The position numbers were made by a program, and so were the translations under genes. The notes below the pieces were generated by a model, which ran no database searches, was not told the DNA's origin, and saw only the letters and a list, made by a program, of their open reading frames with translations. This document shows, piece by piece, positions 8,138-17,667 of a DNA stretch of 64,000 nucleotides (the stretch's first letter is position 1; every line of letters starts with the position of its first letter). Source of the stretch: an uncultured Chloroflexia bacterium (GTDB lineage Bacteria > Chloroflexota > Limnocylindria > Limnocylindrales > CSP1-4); NCBI GenBank assembly GCA_963768655.1, contig CAVYIM010000004.1, forward strand, positions 576,001 to 640,000. The letters are read 5' to 3'.

Positions 8138-10209
8138 CGACCCAGACGACTCCGGCGCCCGTCACCGCCCTGGGCCGCAGCGACACTTTCCTGGCGGCCG
8201 CCGTCGTCGGCATCGTGGCGATGATGATCGTCCCGCTGCCGCCGACGCTGCTGGACATCCTGATCGTCCTCAACATCACCTTCTCACTGACCATCCTGTT
8301 GGTGAGCCTGAACATCCGAGAGCCGCTCGAGTTCAGCTCCTTCCCGCCGCTGCTCCTGATCGCCACGCTCTTCCGGCTGGGGCTCAACGTCTCGGCCGCG
8401 CGACTCATCCTCCTCAACGCTCACGCCGGCGAGGTCATCAACTCGTTCGGCAAGGTCGTCGTCGGAGGAAACACGGTCGTCGGGATCGTGGTCTTCCTGA
8501 TCCTGGTCGTGATCCAGTACGTGGTCATCACCAACGGCGCCGGCCGGGTCAGCGAAGTGGCGGCCCGGTTCACCCTCGACGCCATGCCGGGCAAGCAGAT
8601 GAGCATCGACGCCGACCTGAACGCCGGGCTGATCACGCCTGACGAAGCCCGCGCCCGCCGCCACGCCATCGAGCGTGAGTCGGACTTCTACGGGGCGATG
8701 GACGGCGCCTCGAAGTTCGTCAAGGGCGACGCGGTCGCCGCCCTGGTCATCATCGTCGTGAACATCGTCGGCGGCCTGACCGTCGGCGTGCTCCAGAAGG
8801 GCTTCGACATCGGCATGGCCCTCACGACCTACACGGTCCTGACGGTCGGTGACGGCCTGGTCAACGAGATCAGCGCCCTGCTCGTCTCGGTGGCCACCGG
8901 CGTGCTCGTCACCCGCAGCGGCTCCGAGGCCGGCCTCGGCAGCGACCTCGGAGCCCAGCTCCTCAGCCGCCCCAGGCTCTTCATGGTCGTCGGCGGCGTG
9001 CTGATCGTGATCGGCCTCGTGCCCGGCTTCCCGACCTTCGTCTTCTGCATCGGCGGTGCCGTCGTCGCGGGCGGGGGCTGGTTCCTCTCCCAGTCGGCGA
9101 CCGCGGCCGCGGTCGCGGCGGCGTCGGCCCCGGTGATCACGCCCGCGCTGCCTGCCCTCGGCAGCGGCCAGGAGAGCCCGCTCGACGCCCTGAAGGTCGA
9201 GACGATGGAGCTGGAGGTGGGTTACGGCCTGGTCGGCCTGGTCGAAGGCGGCGCCAGCGGCGGCCTGGTGGAGCGGATCGGTCTGATCCGCCGCCAGATC
9301 GCAGGCGAGCTGGGCCTGATCGTGCCCACCGTCCGCATCCGCGACGACCTGGTGCTCGACCAGAACTCATACGTCATCAAGCTCCGCGGCTCCGAGATCG
9401 CCCGCGGCTCCGTCGACCCAACGAAGATGCTGTGCATGGACCCCAACGGCGGCGAGATCGCCGTCAGCGGCATCCCAACCTCCGAGCCCGTCTTCGGCCT
9501 GCCGGCGTCGTGGATCAGCGTGGCCGAGCGCGAACGGGCCGAGAGCATGGGCTACACGGTCGTCGACGCCGCCTCGGTGATGGCCACTCATCTGGCCGAG
9601 ACTATCCGCCGCCACGCCTACGAGATTCTGGGCCGGCCCGAGACGAGCCAGCTCCTCGATGGGCTCAAGCACGATCAGCCGGGCCTGGTGGAGGAGATCA
9701 TCCCGACGGTGGTGTCGGTGGGCGACGTCGAGAAGGTCCTGCAGGGGCTTCTGCGCGAGCGCATCCCGATCCGCGACCTGGCCACGATCGTGGAGGCCGT
9801 CGCCGACGGCGCGCGCAGCACCAAGGAGCCTCTCTTCCTGACCGAGGCGGTTCGGCACGCCCTCACCCGGGCCATCTCGATGCGCTACCGAGCGCCGGAC
9901 GGGGCCATTCACGCCGTCGCCCTGGCGCCCGATCTGGATACCCGTCTAGGGGCCTCGGTCATGGTCCAGCCCGGCTACGTGGGGCTGGAGCTGTCCGGCG
10001 CCGACAGCCGCGCCCTCGTCGAGGCGATCGATCGGGCGCTGCGGCAGCTCGCGCTCCAGCGCTACCAGCCCATCCTGCTGTGCACGACTCGAATCCGGCT
10101 GGCGCTGCGGAACCTGACCGAGCGCCACGCCCCGCAGCTCGCCGTTCTCTCGTACGAGGAGATCCTGCCCAGCATTTCCGTTCAGGTTCACGCCCAGGTG
10201 GAGGTCTGA
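8134..10209 (+). CDS. flhA: Export protein FlhA
   Basis: FHIPEP signature RVSEVAARFTLDAMPGKQMSIDADL, GAMDGASKFVKGD. Confidence 0.97.
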   Translation: MTTQTTPAPVTALGRSDTFLAAAVVGIVAMMIVPLPPTLLDILIVLNITFSLTILLVSLNIREPLEFSSFPPLLLIATLFRLGLNVSAARLILLNAHAGEVINSFGKVVVGGNTVVGIVVFLILVVIQYVVITNGAGRVSEVAARFTLDAMPGKQMSIDADLNAGLITPDEARARRHAIERESDFYGAMDGASKFVKGDAVAALVIIVVNIVGGLTVGVLQKGFDIGMALTTYTVLTVGDGLVNEISALLVSVATGVLVTRSGSEAGLGSDLGAQLLSRPRLFMVVGGVLIVIGLVPGFPTFVFCIGGAVVAGGGWFLSQSATAAAVAAASAPVITPALPALGSGQESPLDALKVETMELEVGYGLVGLVEGGASGGLVERIGLIRRQIAGELGLIVPTVRIRDDLVLDQNSYVIKLRGSEIARGSVDPTKMLCMDPNGGEIAVSGIPTSEPVFGLPASWISVAERERAESMGYTVVDAASVMATHLAETIRRHAYEILGRPETSQLLDGLKHDQPGLVEEIIPTVVSVGDVEKVLQGLLRERIPIRDLATIVEAVADGARSTKEPLFLTEAVRHALTRAISMRYRAPDGAIHAVALAPDLDTRLGASVMVQPGYVGLELSGADSRALVEAIDRALRQLALQRYQPILLCTTRIRLALRNLTERHAPQLAVLSYEEILPSISVQVHAQVEV

Positions 10210-10212
10210 TAG

Positions 10213-10524
10213 ATGGAACTGCTTGTCGCCACCTGGACCCTCCGGGTCGCCATCGTGGCCGCGCTCGCTGTGGGCGGTGCCTCGATCTCGGCTGGAACCC
10301 CCGTCGTCGACTCGGTCGACCGGGGTCTGGCGGCCGCCGTCCTGTTCACTTTCGTCGGTCGGTGGTTGGTGGGCTTTTTGGAGCCCCCCGAACGGAGACT
10401 GTTGCGAATGCGCAGGAAGCGCGAGGCTCGTAGGGCGAAGGCCAGCAAGGCCAAGAAGCCAGATGCCGCCGCTCGCGCCGCAGCCAAGAGCAAGTCGCAG
10501 TCCACCGTCAGTCGAAGTGCCTGA
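10213..10524 (+). CDS. Small two-TM protein with a Lys/Arg-rich tail, function unknown
   Basis: Fills the gap between flhA and fliA. Two hydrophobic segments. Confidence 0.7.
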   Translation: MELLVATWTLRVAIVAALAVGGASISAGTPVVDSVDRGLAAAVLFTFVGRWLVGFLEPPERRLLRMRRKREARRAKASKAKKPDAAARAAAKSKSQSTVSRSA

Positions 10525-10539
10525 GGCTGAGGAGAGATA

Positions 10540-11733
10540 GTGATGTTGAACCGACACCCGCTCCCGCCTCGATACTCCCCCGCCGGCGCGAAGGGCCCGC
10601 TCTTGCTGCGCCCGACGGCCAGGCTGCTGCCGGAGACGGCGCGCCTCGAGACGGTCGTGGATTCCACGACCTTGCGACCCGCCCTCGGGTCGATCGGCGC
10701 TGACAGCCAGCGCGGGCTCGAGAACTCGTGGGGTGCCCCGTTCGGCGGGTCGTCGGAAGGTTCCGGGGGCGATGCAGCCACCGACCGCGCCGACGCCGCC
10801 GCGGGCGCCGCCGCCGAGGCGGAAACGGATGCCGAGGCGGAAACGGATGCCGAGGCGGCCGTCGACGAGATCCTGGCCGAGAGTGAGACGGCCGTCGTGG
10901 AGACCCCGCCCGACGAGCCGCTGGCACCGGACGAGGAATCGCCGAATCTGAGCGGCTACGACGCGTACGGGCAGACGCCGGCGCCGGGCGCGGGGCTCAG
11001 CCGCGACGAGCTGGTCGCGCGCTACGCCCATCTGGTCAAGTACGTCGTGGGCCGGCTCGGCGTCTCGGTGCCAGGTCTGTTCGACCACGAGGATGCCATG
11101 CAGGCCGGCGTCCTCGGGCTGCTGCGCGCGATCGACGCCTACCGCCCCGATGCCGCAGCTTCCTTCGAGTCGTACGCGATCCTCAGAATCCGGGGCTCGA
11201 TTCTGGATGCCGTTCGCTCTCTCGACTCCGTTGGACGGGCCGGGCGAGAAGCGGCCCGCGCCATCCAGGGCGCGATCCGCGATCTTCAGCACGAGCTGGG
11301 CCGCTCGCCCACCGAGGCGGAAATCGCGGCGCGGCTCAACATGCCTCTCTCACGCTACCGCGAACGGCTCCAGGCGGCCACGGTCGTGACCGTCTCCCTC
11401 GACGAGCACGACGCCCGCGACAACGACGACGAGTCGGTCATCCTGGCCGACAACGCCCCCGACCCGAATGCCGTAGACCCTGCCGACGAAGCGGCTCGTC
11501 GCGACGCCATCGCGTCGCTGGTCCACGAGATCGGCCGGCTGCCCCAGCGCCCGCGGATGGTGCTCGCCCTCTACTACCAGGACGAGATGACGTTCAAGGA
11601 GATCGGGCAGGTACTCGGAGTTACCGAATCGCGCGTCTGCCAGATCCACACCGAAGCCATCCTGGCGCTCCGCACCCGGCTCGTCGACTCCGACGTAGCG
11701 GCCCGGCTGGGGCGGCGGAGAGCACGACCATGA
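10540..11733 (+). CDS. fliA: Sigma28 (FliA/WhiG family) with an N-terminal extension of about 150 aa
   Basis: FESYAILRIRGSILD (region 2), MTFKEIGQVLGVTESRVCQIH (region 4). RBS gaggag precedes the start. Confidence 0.93.
   Translation: MMLNRHPLPPRYSPAGAKGPLLLRPTARLLPETARLETVVDSTTLRPALGSIGADSQRGLENSWGAPFGGSSEGSGGDAATDRADAAAGAAAEAETDAEAETDAEAAVDEILAESETAVVETPPDEPLAPDEESPNLSGYDAYGQTPAPGAGLSRDELVARYAHLVKYVVGRLGVSVPGLFDHEDAMQAGVLGLLRAIDAYRPDAAASFESYAILRIRGSILDAVRSLDSVGRAGREAARAIQGAIRDLQHELGRSPTEAEIAARLNMPLSRYRERLQAATVVTVSLDEHDARDNDDESVILADNAPDPNAVDPADEAARRDAIASLVHEIGRLPQRPRMVLALYYQDEMTFKEIGQVLGVTESRVCQIHTEAILALRTRLVDSDVAARLGRRRARP
10813..10857 (+). repeat. 18-nt in-frame tandem repeat (AEAETD) in the FliA extension
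   Basis: gccgaggcggaaacggat twice plus a partial third copy. Confidence 0.8.
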
Positions 11734-12440
11734 TCAGAGGCTTTTACACGGCCCTGTCCGGGGTCATCGCCGCGACGACCCGCGAGGACGTCGTGGCCGA
11801 CAACATCGCCAACAGCAACACCGTCGGCTTCAAGCAGTCTCAGACGACCCAGACCGACTACGAGATGAGCATCATGAACTCGCTCGGTCCGGAGCTGGGT
11901 CTGCTGGGCACCGGCACGATCCCGACCGGCCTGAAGCTGGACATCAGCCAGGGCCCGATCCAAGAGACCGACAAGGAGACGGACCTGGCCATCGATGGCG
12001 ACGGGCTCTTCGTCGTCCGGACTGGCAACGGCATCGCCTACACGCGCGCCGGCGACTTCCTGACCGACGCCACCGGCACGCTCGTCACCGAGCAGGGCTA
12101 CCCGGTGCTCGACACGGCCGGTCACACGATCCAGCCCGGCGAGCCATTCACCGTGTCAAAGGACGGCACCATCGTCCAGACCGGCCAGCGGATCGCGCTG
12201 GTGGCCTGGCCGGCCGGCGGAGCCACGCGGCTGGGGCAGAATCTGTACACCGCGGCCGGCAATCTCCCGCCCGCCTCCGGGCAGATCATGCAGGGCATGC
12301 TGGAGGGCAGCAACACCGACATGGCGCTGGCGATGACTCAGCTGATCGAGCAGGAGCGCGACTTCCAGCTGAGTGCCCAGGCGCTCTCGCTCCAGGACAA
12401 CACCCTGAACGACGGCACGCAGCTGGGTAGACTGCGCTGA
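11730..12440 (+). CDS. flgF: Basal-body rod protein, FlgF/FlgG family
   Basis: MIRGFYTA, DNIANSNTVGFK, DLAIDGDG, YTRAGDF, QGMLEGSN. flgF versus flgG cannot be resolved by eye. Confidence 0.8.
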   Translation: MIRGFYTALSGVIAATTREDVVADNIANSNTVGFKQSQTTQTDYEMSIMNSLGPELGLLGTGTIPTGLKLDISQGPIQETDKETDLAIDGDGLFVVRTGNGIAYTRAGDFLTDATGTLVTEQGYPVLDTAGHTIQPGEPFTVSKDGTIVQTGQRIALVAWPAGGATRLGQNLYTAAGNLPPASGQIMQGMLEGSNTDMALAMTQLIEQERDFQLSAQALSLQDNTLNDGTQLGRLR

Positions 12441-12525
12441 GCCTGGTCTGGGCCGGAACCCTGTCCGCCCACGGGTTGCCGTCCCGGCGCGTGTGGCACC
12501 GGAACCGATGGAGGAGCGAGCCAAG

Positions 12526-13602
12526 ATGACGACCGTATCCAGAGCGCCGTTCGGAAGCTTCGACGGCAAGGCCGTCGATCTGTACACCCTCTGCGGCGAG
12601 GACGGCGCCACGGTGAAGATCGCTACCTACGGCGGCATCATCACATCCTGGACCGCGCCGGATCGGGCCCGCAGGCTTGCCGACGTCGTCCTCGGCCTCG
12701 ACAACCTGGGCGGCTACACCACTGATCGGTACCTGCACGCCGGTCCGCATCTGGGCGCGATCATCGGCCGCTACGCCAACCGCATCGGCGGGGCCAGGTT
12801 CAGTCTCGATGGCATCGAACACGAACTGGCGGCGAACAACGGACCCAATAACCTGCATGGCGGGCCGAGGGGCTTCGACATGAGGGTCTGGGACGCCCAA
12901 GCCGCCGTCGCCGGCAGCGACGCGGTCCTCGAACTGACCTATGTCAGCGCCGACGGCGAGGAAGGCTTCCCTGGAACGCTCACCACCAGGGTCGTCTACA
13001 CCCTGTCACCGGACGACGCCTTGCGGCTCGACTACTCGGCTACTACGGACAGGACCACCATCGTCAATCTCACCAACCATGCCTACTTCAACCTGGCGGG
13101 CGAGGGCAGCGGCGACATTCTGGCCACCGAGGTCCAGATCAACGCCGGCAGGTTCACGCCGGTCGACGCGAACATGATTCCCACTGGCGAGCTGCGCGAC
13201 GTGACGGGCACACCTTTCGATTTCCGCCGGCCGACGGCGATCGGCGCCCGCCTGAACCAGGCCGATCAGCAGCTCGAGCTCGGTGCCGGATACGACCACA
13301 ACTGGATCCTGGACCGCGGCTCGGACGAGGGCCTCTTTCTGGCCGCGACTGCCTACGAGCCGGGGAGCGGGCGACTGCTCGAAGTCCGCACGACCGAGCC
13401 CGGAATCCAGCTCTACACCGGCAACTATTTGGACGGGACCTGCACAGGCAAGGCGGGCAAGGCCTACACGCGCCGTACCGGTTTCTGCCTGGAAACGCAG
13501 CACTATCCGGACTCCCCCAACAAGCCGGGATTCCCGAGCGTGGCTCTCGAGCCGGGCGAAACCTACTCGAGCGCCACGGTCTTCCGGCTCTCGGCGAAGT
13601 AG
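12526..13602 (+). CDS. galM: Aldose 1-epimerase (galactose mutarotase)
   Basis: GRYANRI, LHGG, TNHAYFNL, GYDHN, CLETQHYPD. Confidence 0.95.
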   Translation: MTTVSRAPFGSFDGKAVDLYTLCGEDGATVKIATYGGIITSWTAPDRARRLADVVLGLDNLGGYTTDRYLHAGPHLGAIIGRYANRIGGARFSLDGIEHELAANNGPNNLHGGPRGFDMRVWDAQAAVAGSDAVLELTYVSADGEEGFPGTLTTRVVYTLSPDDALRLDYSATTDRTTIVNLTNHAYFNLAGEGSGDILATEVQINAGRFTPVDANMIPTGELRDVTGTPFDFRRPTAIGARLNQADQQLELGAGYDHNWILDRGSDEGLFLAATAYEPGSGRLLEVRTTEPGIQLYTGNYLDGTCTGKAGKAYTRRTGFCLETQHYPDSPNKPGFPSVALEPGETYSSATVFRLSAK

Positions 13603-13776
13603 GCGGACGAGATGGCGTTGGTCGACCCTCGCCCGGCGGGTCCTACCCGATCTACGGTAATCGGAGTGCCCCCAAGTGGGTCCTTACCCGGTGAGGCTCG
13701 ACATGGCATCCTGGCCCTACCGTCGCTCAGGCGCAACGCATACGTCGAAATGATGAAGAACCACCCCTCCCGCGGG

Positions 13777-13803
13777 TCAAGGCTTCTCGGTACCGGCCGA
13801 TCC
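13777..13803 (+). promoter_or_regulatory. Sigma28-like promoter of flgM-flgN-flgK-flgL
   Basis: TCAA-N15-GCCGATCC. Confidence 0.8.
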
Positions 13804-13831
13804 CTATGGTGACGCCCAAGAGAGGACAAGA

Positions 13832-14140
13832 ATGAAGATCGAAGACCCGCGGTCCGTAACCTCGTCGCCGCTCCTCAATCAGACGCCGGCAGCCAACGCG
13901 ACGCCGGTCCGCCCGGAGCAGGCGCGACCCCAAAACGGGGTAGCCCCCGTCGGCCAGCCGGCAGCCCGCGTCGAGCTCTCGTCGCGGAGCCGGGAGATGC
14001 ATCAGGCCCTCGAAGCCGCCAATGCCGCTCCCGACGTTCGTGCCGACAAGGTGGCCGACGCCAAGCAACGGATCGCCCAGGGCACGTACACGGTCAACGC
14101 CGAGGTCGTGGCTCGAGGGATCCTCGACAAGCGGGCCTAA
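13832..14140 (+). CDS. flgM: Anti-sigma28 factor FlgM
   Basis: VELSS, DVRADKVADAKQRIAQGTYTVNAEVVA. Confidence 0.9.
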   Translation: MKIEDPRSVTSSPLLNQTPAANATPVRPEQARPQNGVAPVGQPAARVELSSRSREMHQALEAANAAPDVRADKVADAKQRIAQGTYTVNAEVVARGILDKRA

Positions 14141-14587
14141 GTGTTTGCGCCCGGCGGTCACGATCTCTCGGGATACACCACCGGCTATCGGATCGGGCTG
14201 GGATCGCCCGAGCTGAGCGCGCTGACCTCCGCTCTGACTGCTCTGGCAGGCATTTCGGATGAGGTCACGCTCGCCGTCCAGCGCCACGACCGTCTCGCTC
14301 TCACGAGTCGCAACGAACAGGCCGAGGCCCTGGTCGAGGAAGTGAACCGCCTCGTCGCCAATCTCACGGACGATGACAGGGCGATGCTCGGCGACGTCGG
14401 CGTCCCCGCCCTGTGCGAGCGGCTGGCCGCCAGCGCGCGGCGGAATGCATACCTGATCGAGCAGGCCTGGGCCGTGGATGCGGCCCTCATCCGGCTGCTC
14501 ATGGGCCTCGGCAGGATCGGCCCCGATGGCACGGTAGGGAGCTACTCGGCCAATCCGGGCCCCGCCTACGTGGATCGGGAGGCCTAG
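14141..14587 (+). CDS. flgN: FlgN-like export chaperone
   Basis: Helical protein between flgM and flgK with RRNAYLI and a C-terminal Y...YVDREA. Confidence 0.7.
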   Translation: MFAPGGHDLSGYTTGYRIGLGSPELSALTSALTALAGISDEVTLAVQRHDRLALTSRNEQAEALVEEVNRLVANLTDDDRAMLGDVGVPALCERLAASARRNAYLIEQAWAVDAALIRLLMGLGRIGPDGTVGSYSANPGPAYVDREA

Positions 14588-14588
14588 C

Positions 14589-16328
14589 ATGAGCTCCCCC
14601 TTCTTCGGGCTCGAGATCGGGTCCTCGGCTCTGCGCGCAGCCCAGCAGCAGCTCGACACGGCGGCCCACAACGTCGCCAACGCGAGCACGCCCGGCTACT
14701 CCCGCCAGGTGGTGTCGCTGGTCGAGGCGCCGCCGTACACGTTCCCGGCTTTCAACCGCAGCGGTGCGCCGGGCCAGATCGGTTCGGGCGTCACGGTCGC
14801 CGCCATCACCCGTGTGCGGGACACCTTCCTCGACCAGCAGGTCCAGGCCCAGACCACGCTTCAGGGCCAGTGGGATACCCGCGATCAGGAGCTGTCGAAG
14901 GTCGAGGCCGTCTTCCCGGAGCCGTCCTCCTCAGGTCTCGGCAACACCATCAGCCAGTACTACGCGGCCTGGCAGGACGTCGCCTCGGAGCCGACCTCGA
15001 CCGCGGCCCGGACCGCCCTGACGGAACAGGCCTCGAACCTGGCGATGCAGATGAACAGCACCTCGACTCAGCTCGGCATGATCGCCAGCGGCATCGATAC
15101 CGAGGTGAGCCAGCAGGTCACCTCGATCAACGACCTGGCGACCCAGATCGCCGGCCTGAACGGCCAGATCCAGCGCGTAACTGTCAGCGGTGCGAATCCC
15201 AACGACCTGCTGGATCAGCGCGAGCAGCTGCTAGAGCAGTTGTCCGCCATCGTTCCGACCTCCGTCACCGTCCAGAAAGACGGGTCGGCAACCGTCGAGG
15301 TCGGCGGCACGGACCTGGTCTCAGGCGTCAACGCACGTCAGATGGTCGCCCAGACGAACAGCTCGGGCCACGTCATGCCGACCTGGTCCGACGGCAGCGC
15401 GGTGACGCTGTCATCAGGGCAGATGAAGGCCCTGCTGGACGTCCGCGACGTGGATGTCGCCGGCTATCAATCGCAGCTCGACTCGCTGGCCCAGGGCATA
15501 GCCGACTCGACCAACGCGCTCCACGAGCGCGGCGTCGATGCCAACGGGAATGCCGGCCAGGCGCTCTTCACCTACTACCCGGGCAACGCGGCCGCGACGC
15601 TGGCGGTCAATCCGGCCGTGGCTGCCAACCCGCAGCTGATCGCGGCGTCCGCCTCTCCGGACACTCCCGGCGACGGCTCCGTGGCCGGACTGATCGCAGA
15701 CCTGCAGAACGCCAAGAGCTATTCGGCCGGCGTCGCCGGGACGAACGTCGTCGGTGGCATGGACCTGACCACCAACACGACCGCGCGGTTGATGACCGTC
15801 GCGACGGATACCGCCGTGGCCCAGACCTACACGTTCAGCGGTACCGGCAACAGCCTGACCCTGACCGGCGCGGACGGCAGCCACCAGACGATCACAGTCG
15901 CGGACATGGCGGAGGGCGATACGCAGGTCCTCAACTTCGACCAGCTCGGCATCAAGCTCACCGTCAGCAGCGAGACGGCCGCCAAGGCCGGTGCGGACCT
16001 GGTGACGGACTTCACGACGCCCGGTCAGAACACCGTCGTGGCCGCCTCCCTGTACACACCCTCGCAGACGACCACGGACTTCTATTCCGGGATCGTCGCC
16101 AAGATCGGTTCGGCGTCCAGCCAGGCGACCGAGATGTCGCAGAACCAGCAGCTCGTGGTCAGCCAGCTGAACAACCAGGTCCAACAGGTGAGCGGCGTCT
16201 CGCTCGATGAGGAGGCGACCGACATGCTCAAGTTCCAGCGGGCGTACCAGGCCGCGGCGCGGGTCATCACGACCATGGACCAGATGCTGGACACGCTCAT
16301 CAACGCCACCGGCGTTGTGACGGCATAA
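14589..16328 (+). CDS. flgK: Hook-filament junction protein FlgK with an inserted domain
   Basis: HNVANASTPGYSRQ, NDLLDQR, SGVSLDEE, FQRAYQAAAR. Confidence 0.96.
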   Translation: MSSPFFGLEIGSSALRAAQQQLDTAAHNVANASTPGYSRQVVSLVEAPPYTFPAFNRSGAPGQIGSGVTVAAITRVRDTFLDQQVQAQTTLQGQWDTRDQELSKVEAVFPEPSSSGLGNTISQYYAAWQDVASEPTSTAARTALTEQASNLAMQMNSTSTQLGMIASGIDTEVSQQVTSINDLATQIAGLNGQIQRVTVSGANPNDLLDQREQLLEQLSAIVPTSVTVQKDGSATVEVGGTDLVSGVNARQMVAQTNSSGHVMPTWSDGSAVTLSSGQMKALLDVRDVDVAGYQSQLDSLAQGIADSTNALHERGVDANGNAGQALFTYYPGNAAATLAVNPAVAANPQLIAASASPDTPGDGSVAGLIADLQNAKSYSAGVAGTNVVGGMDLTTNTTARLMTVATDTAVAQTYTFSGTGNSLTLTGADGSHQTITVADMAEGDTQVLNFDQLGIKLTVSSETAAKAGADLVTDFTTPGQNTVVAASLYTPSQTTTDFYSGIVAKIGSASSQATEMSQNQQLVVSQLNNQVQQVSGVSLDEEATDMLKFQRAYQAAARVITTMDQMLDTLINATGVVTA

Positions 16329-16341
16329 GGGAGGCCGAGCG

Positions 16342-17221
16342 ATGCGCGTGTCCAAATCGATGATCTACGACAATGCCAATACCAGCCTTGGCAACCAGAT
16401 GGCCGCCCTCCAATCACTCACGGAGAAGATCAGCTCGGGCAAGCAGCTGAACCGGCCTTCCGACAACCCGGCCGATGTCCAGTCTGCCGTTGGGCTGAAC
16501 GACACCCTGGCCCAGCTCAACCAGTTCGGCCGGAACATCGACAACGCCACGAGCACCCTCTCTGCCATGGACACAGCCCTGTCCAGCGCCGGCGATCTGA
16601 TCCAACGCGCCAACGAGCTCGCCATCCAGGGCGCGAACGGAACGCTCAGCACCGGGGATCGCCAATCCATGGCTGCAGAGGTCTCCCAGTTGACCGAGGC
16701 GATGGCCCAGGACGCGAACGCCAAGGTCGGCGACGACTACATCTTCGGCGGCTTTCGCGTCGATCGCGCCCCGTTCGAAGTCACCGGACCGGGCCAGGTC
16801 AGTTCGTACCAGGGCGATCACGGAGTCTCGATCGCACGCATCGGGCCCGCGGCGACGACGCAGGTGAGCATGGCCGGCGACACTGTCTTCGGGCCGGCGA
16901 TAGCGGCCCTGACACAGCTCCAGGCCGATCTGAACAGCGGCCAGCCGGTTCAGTCGTCGACCATCACCCAGATCTCGGGCGCCCTCCAGACGCTGTCGGA
17001 AGCACAGGCGACCGTTGGCGCACGGGAGAACCGGCTCACTGATGCCAAAACTTCGCTCCAGGACCTCACGACGAGCAACCAGGCCATGTTGAGCCAGCTC
17101 GAGGACGCCAACATGCCCTCGGCCATCACGGAACTGACCCAGGCCCAAACCACATACCAGGCGTCCCTGGCCGTCACGGCCAAGGTGATGCAGATGAGTC
17201 TGATCGACTACCTTAAAGTGA
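16342..17221 (+). CDS. flgL: Hook-filament junction protein FlgL. As sequenced it reads through in frame into fliW (ORF to 17667).
   Basis: ISSGKQLNRPSDNP, YIFGG, canonical end SLIDYLK. Removing one A at 17215-17217 gives AAG TGA. Confidence 0.9.
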
Positions 17222-17224
17222 GCC

Positions 17225-17268
17225 GCGGTGGTGGGTTGCCTCGGGCGGTTCACCACCGTGTCGTTATT
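17225..17268 (+). terminator. Hairpin between the FlgL end and fliW
   Basis: cggtggtg...caccaccg stem extended by G-U pairs, followed by a weak T-rich tail (tcgttatt). Confidence 0.45.
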
Positions 17269-17286
17269 GCCAGCGAGGACCAGCCC

Positions 17287-17667
17287 GTGAGCCAAGCACT
17301 ACTAGCAGCCGAGATCGTCTTCCCTGACGGCCTCGTCGGTTTGCCCGCCCTCGTTCGGCACCGCATCAGCGCGGTCCCCGAGACGGCGCTGTACGAGATC
17401 GTCTCGGACGACGACCCCGCGATCGGCTTCATCGCCGCGACGGCCGACAACGTCAAGCCCGGAACGACGGGTCGCCTGCGCGACCGGGGCCTCATCGGCG
17501 AGGACGAATGGGTTCTGGCTATCCTCGCCGTGCACGGCGAGCCGCCGGCGATCACCGCCAACCTGGCCGGTCCTGTTGTGATCGACATGGAGAAGGGGAC
17601 TGCTCGACAGCTCGTCATCGAGGATCCCGAGTTTCCGCTGCAGGCTCCGGTCTCGAAGGAGAGCTGA
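17287..17667 (+). CDS. fliW: Flagellar assembly factor FliW (CsrA antagonist)
   Basis: IVFPDGLVGL, ITANLAGPVVID, ARQLVI. Own RBS gagga and GTG. Directly upstream of csrA. Confidence 0.88.
   Translation: MSQALLAAEIVFPDGLVGLPALVRHRISAVPETALYEIVSDDDPAIGFIAATADNVKPGTTGRLRDRGLIGEDEWVLAILAVHGEPPAITANLAGPVVIDMEKGTARQLVIEDPEFPLQAPVSKES

Noticed and set aside
4855-10209. Non-flagellar type III injectisome
   Set aside because: Stators, hook, flagellin and cap are present and there is no secretin.
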